DNA of 64,000 nucleotides from Octopus vulgaris (Eukaryota): positions 82,460,001 to 82,524,000 of the forward strand of contig OX597816.1 of NCBI GenBank assembly GCA_951406725.2. Reading direction: 5' to 3'. The translations under genes and the position numbers were made by a program. Under the pieces are notes generated by a model. It ran no database searches. It worked only from the letters and a program-made list of their open reading frames with translations, and was not told where the DNA came from. Every line of letters starts with the position of its first letter. Position 1 is the stretch's first letter. Below, piece by piece: positions 63,400 through 64,000 of this stretch.

Positions 63400-64000
63400 G
63401 ATCAGTTACTTTGTGGTGTAATTTGGTTATTCATATAAAAATACCTTAAACAGTTTTAAAAACTTAGAGTTGGATGATTCACTACTCTTCAAAGCACCAG
63501 ACGGAAAATAGTATTGCCTTACGTAGAAGAATCTACTCTGACCTACATTTGAAGTTTCGTCATTATTTTGAAAGAATCTAAACAACTATTTTATCTCAGC
63601 CTTTATTAAAGAAGTTTTTTTCTAAAACGGAATTTTAAAACTGAGATAAAATAGTTGCTAAGACTCGTCTATAAATAGTGACGAAATAGATCACACCTAA
63701 TAGTATATAAAAATCGAAACGACATACGGAAACGAAAATACAGAACTTCCACTCCCACCCCCAAAAAAGAAAGAAAGAAAAGAAACTGAATGAACATTCA
63801 AACATTGATTCGAAATAAAAACAAGGTTAGGGAAAAGCAAATCCCAACACACTTCCGAAAAAGAGACTGAAGGCCGATGGTCTTATTTATACACAAATAT
63901 CCTTTGTTCGTTCTACGTTCTTTAACAATATTGCTGGAGCTACGGAAAACTCGAAAAATACTAACTTTTAACAGATTTTTACCGTCGTTTGTTATAATAT
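63400..64000 (-). promoter_or_regulatory. CpG-retaining region, probably flanking the 5' exon/promoter of the B56 gene just beyond the window
   Basis: About 20 CpGs counted by eye in the last ~520 bp of otherwise AT-rich unique-looking DNA, versus very few per kb elsewhere outside young repeats. Lies on the upstream side of the minus-strand gene. Confidence 0.5.

Overview
AT-rich, CpG-depleted, repeat-dense animal genomic DNA. The SINE and RTE repeat families most resemble those I recall from Octopus (inference, not a database result). The window is almost entirely intronic. It holds one clearly recognisable host exon, a 197-bp minus-strand internal exon (28454-28650) of a PP2A B56/B' regulatory subunit gene (PPP2R5A/E, widerborst type). 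I found no neighbouring exons, so the flanking introns appear to be >28 kb and >35 kb, and CpG density rises sharply in the last ~0.6 kb toward the presumed 5' end. The introns contain decayed mobile elements: a Gypsy LTR retrotransposon with both LTRs, a hAT transposon, an internally deleted piggyBac with three related MITEs, mariner and pogo-like remnants, several RTE LINE copies (one with a PHD-like finger inside the RT region), many tRNA-headed SINEs, and a young 0.47-kb RTE insertion with a 9-bp TSD whose C-terminus resembles trematode SR2-type elements. There are also three long hairpins. No intact transposase or RT, RNA gene or CRISPR array was found, and I cannot support a wholly new biological system; the best leads are listed as findings.
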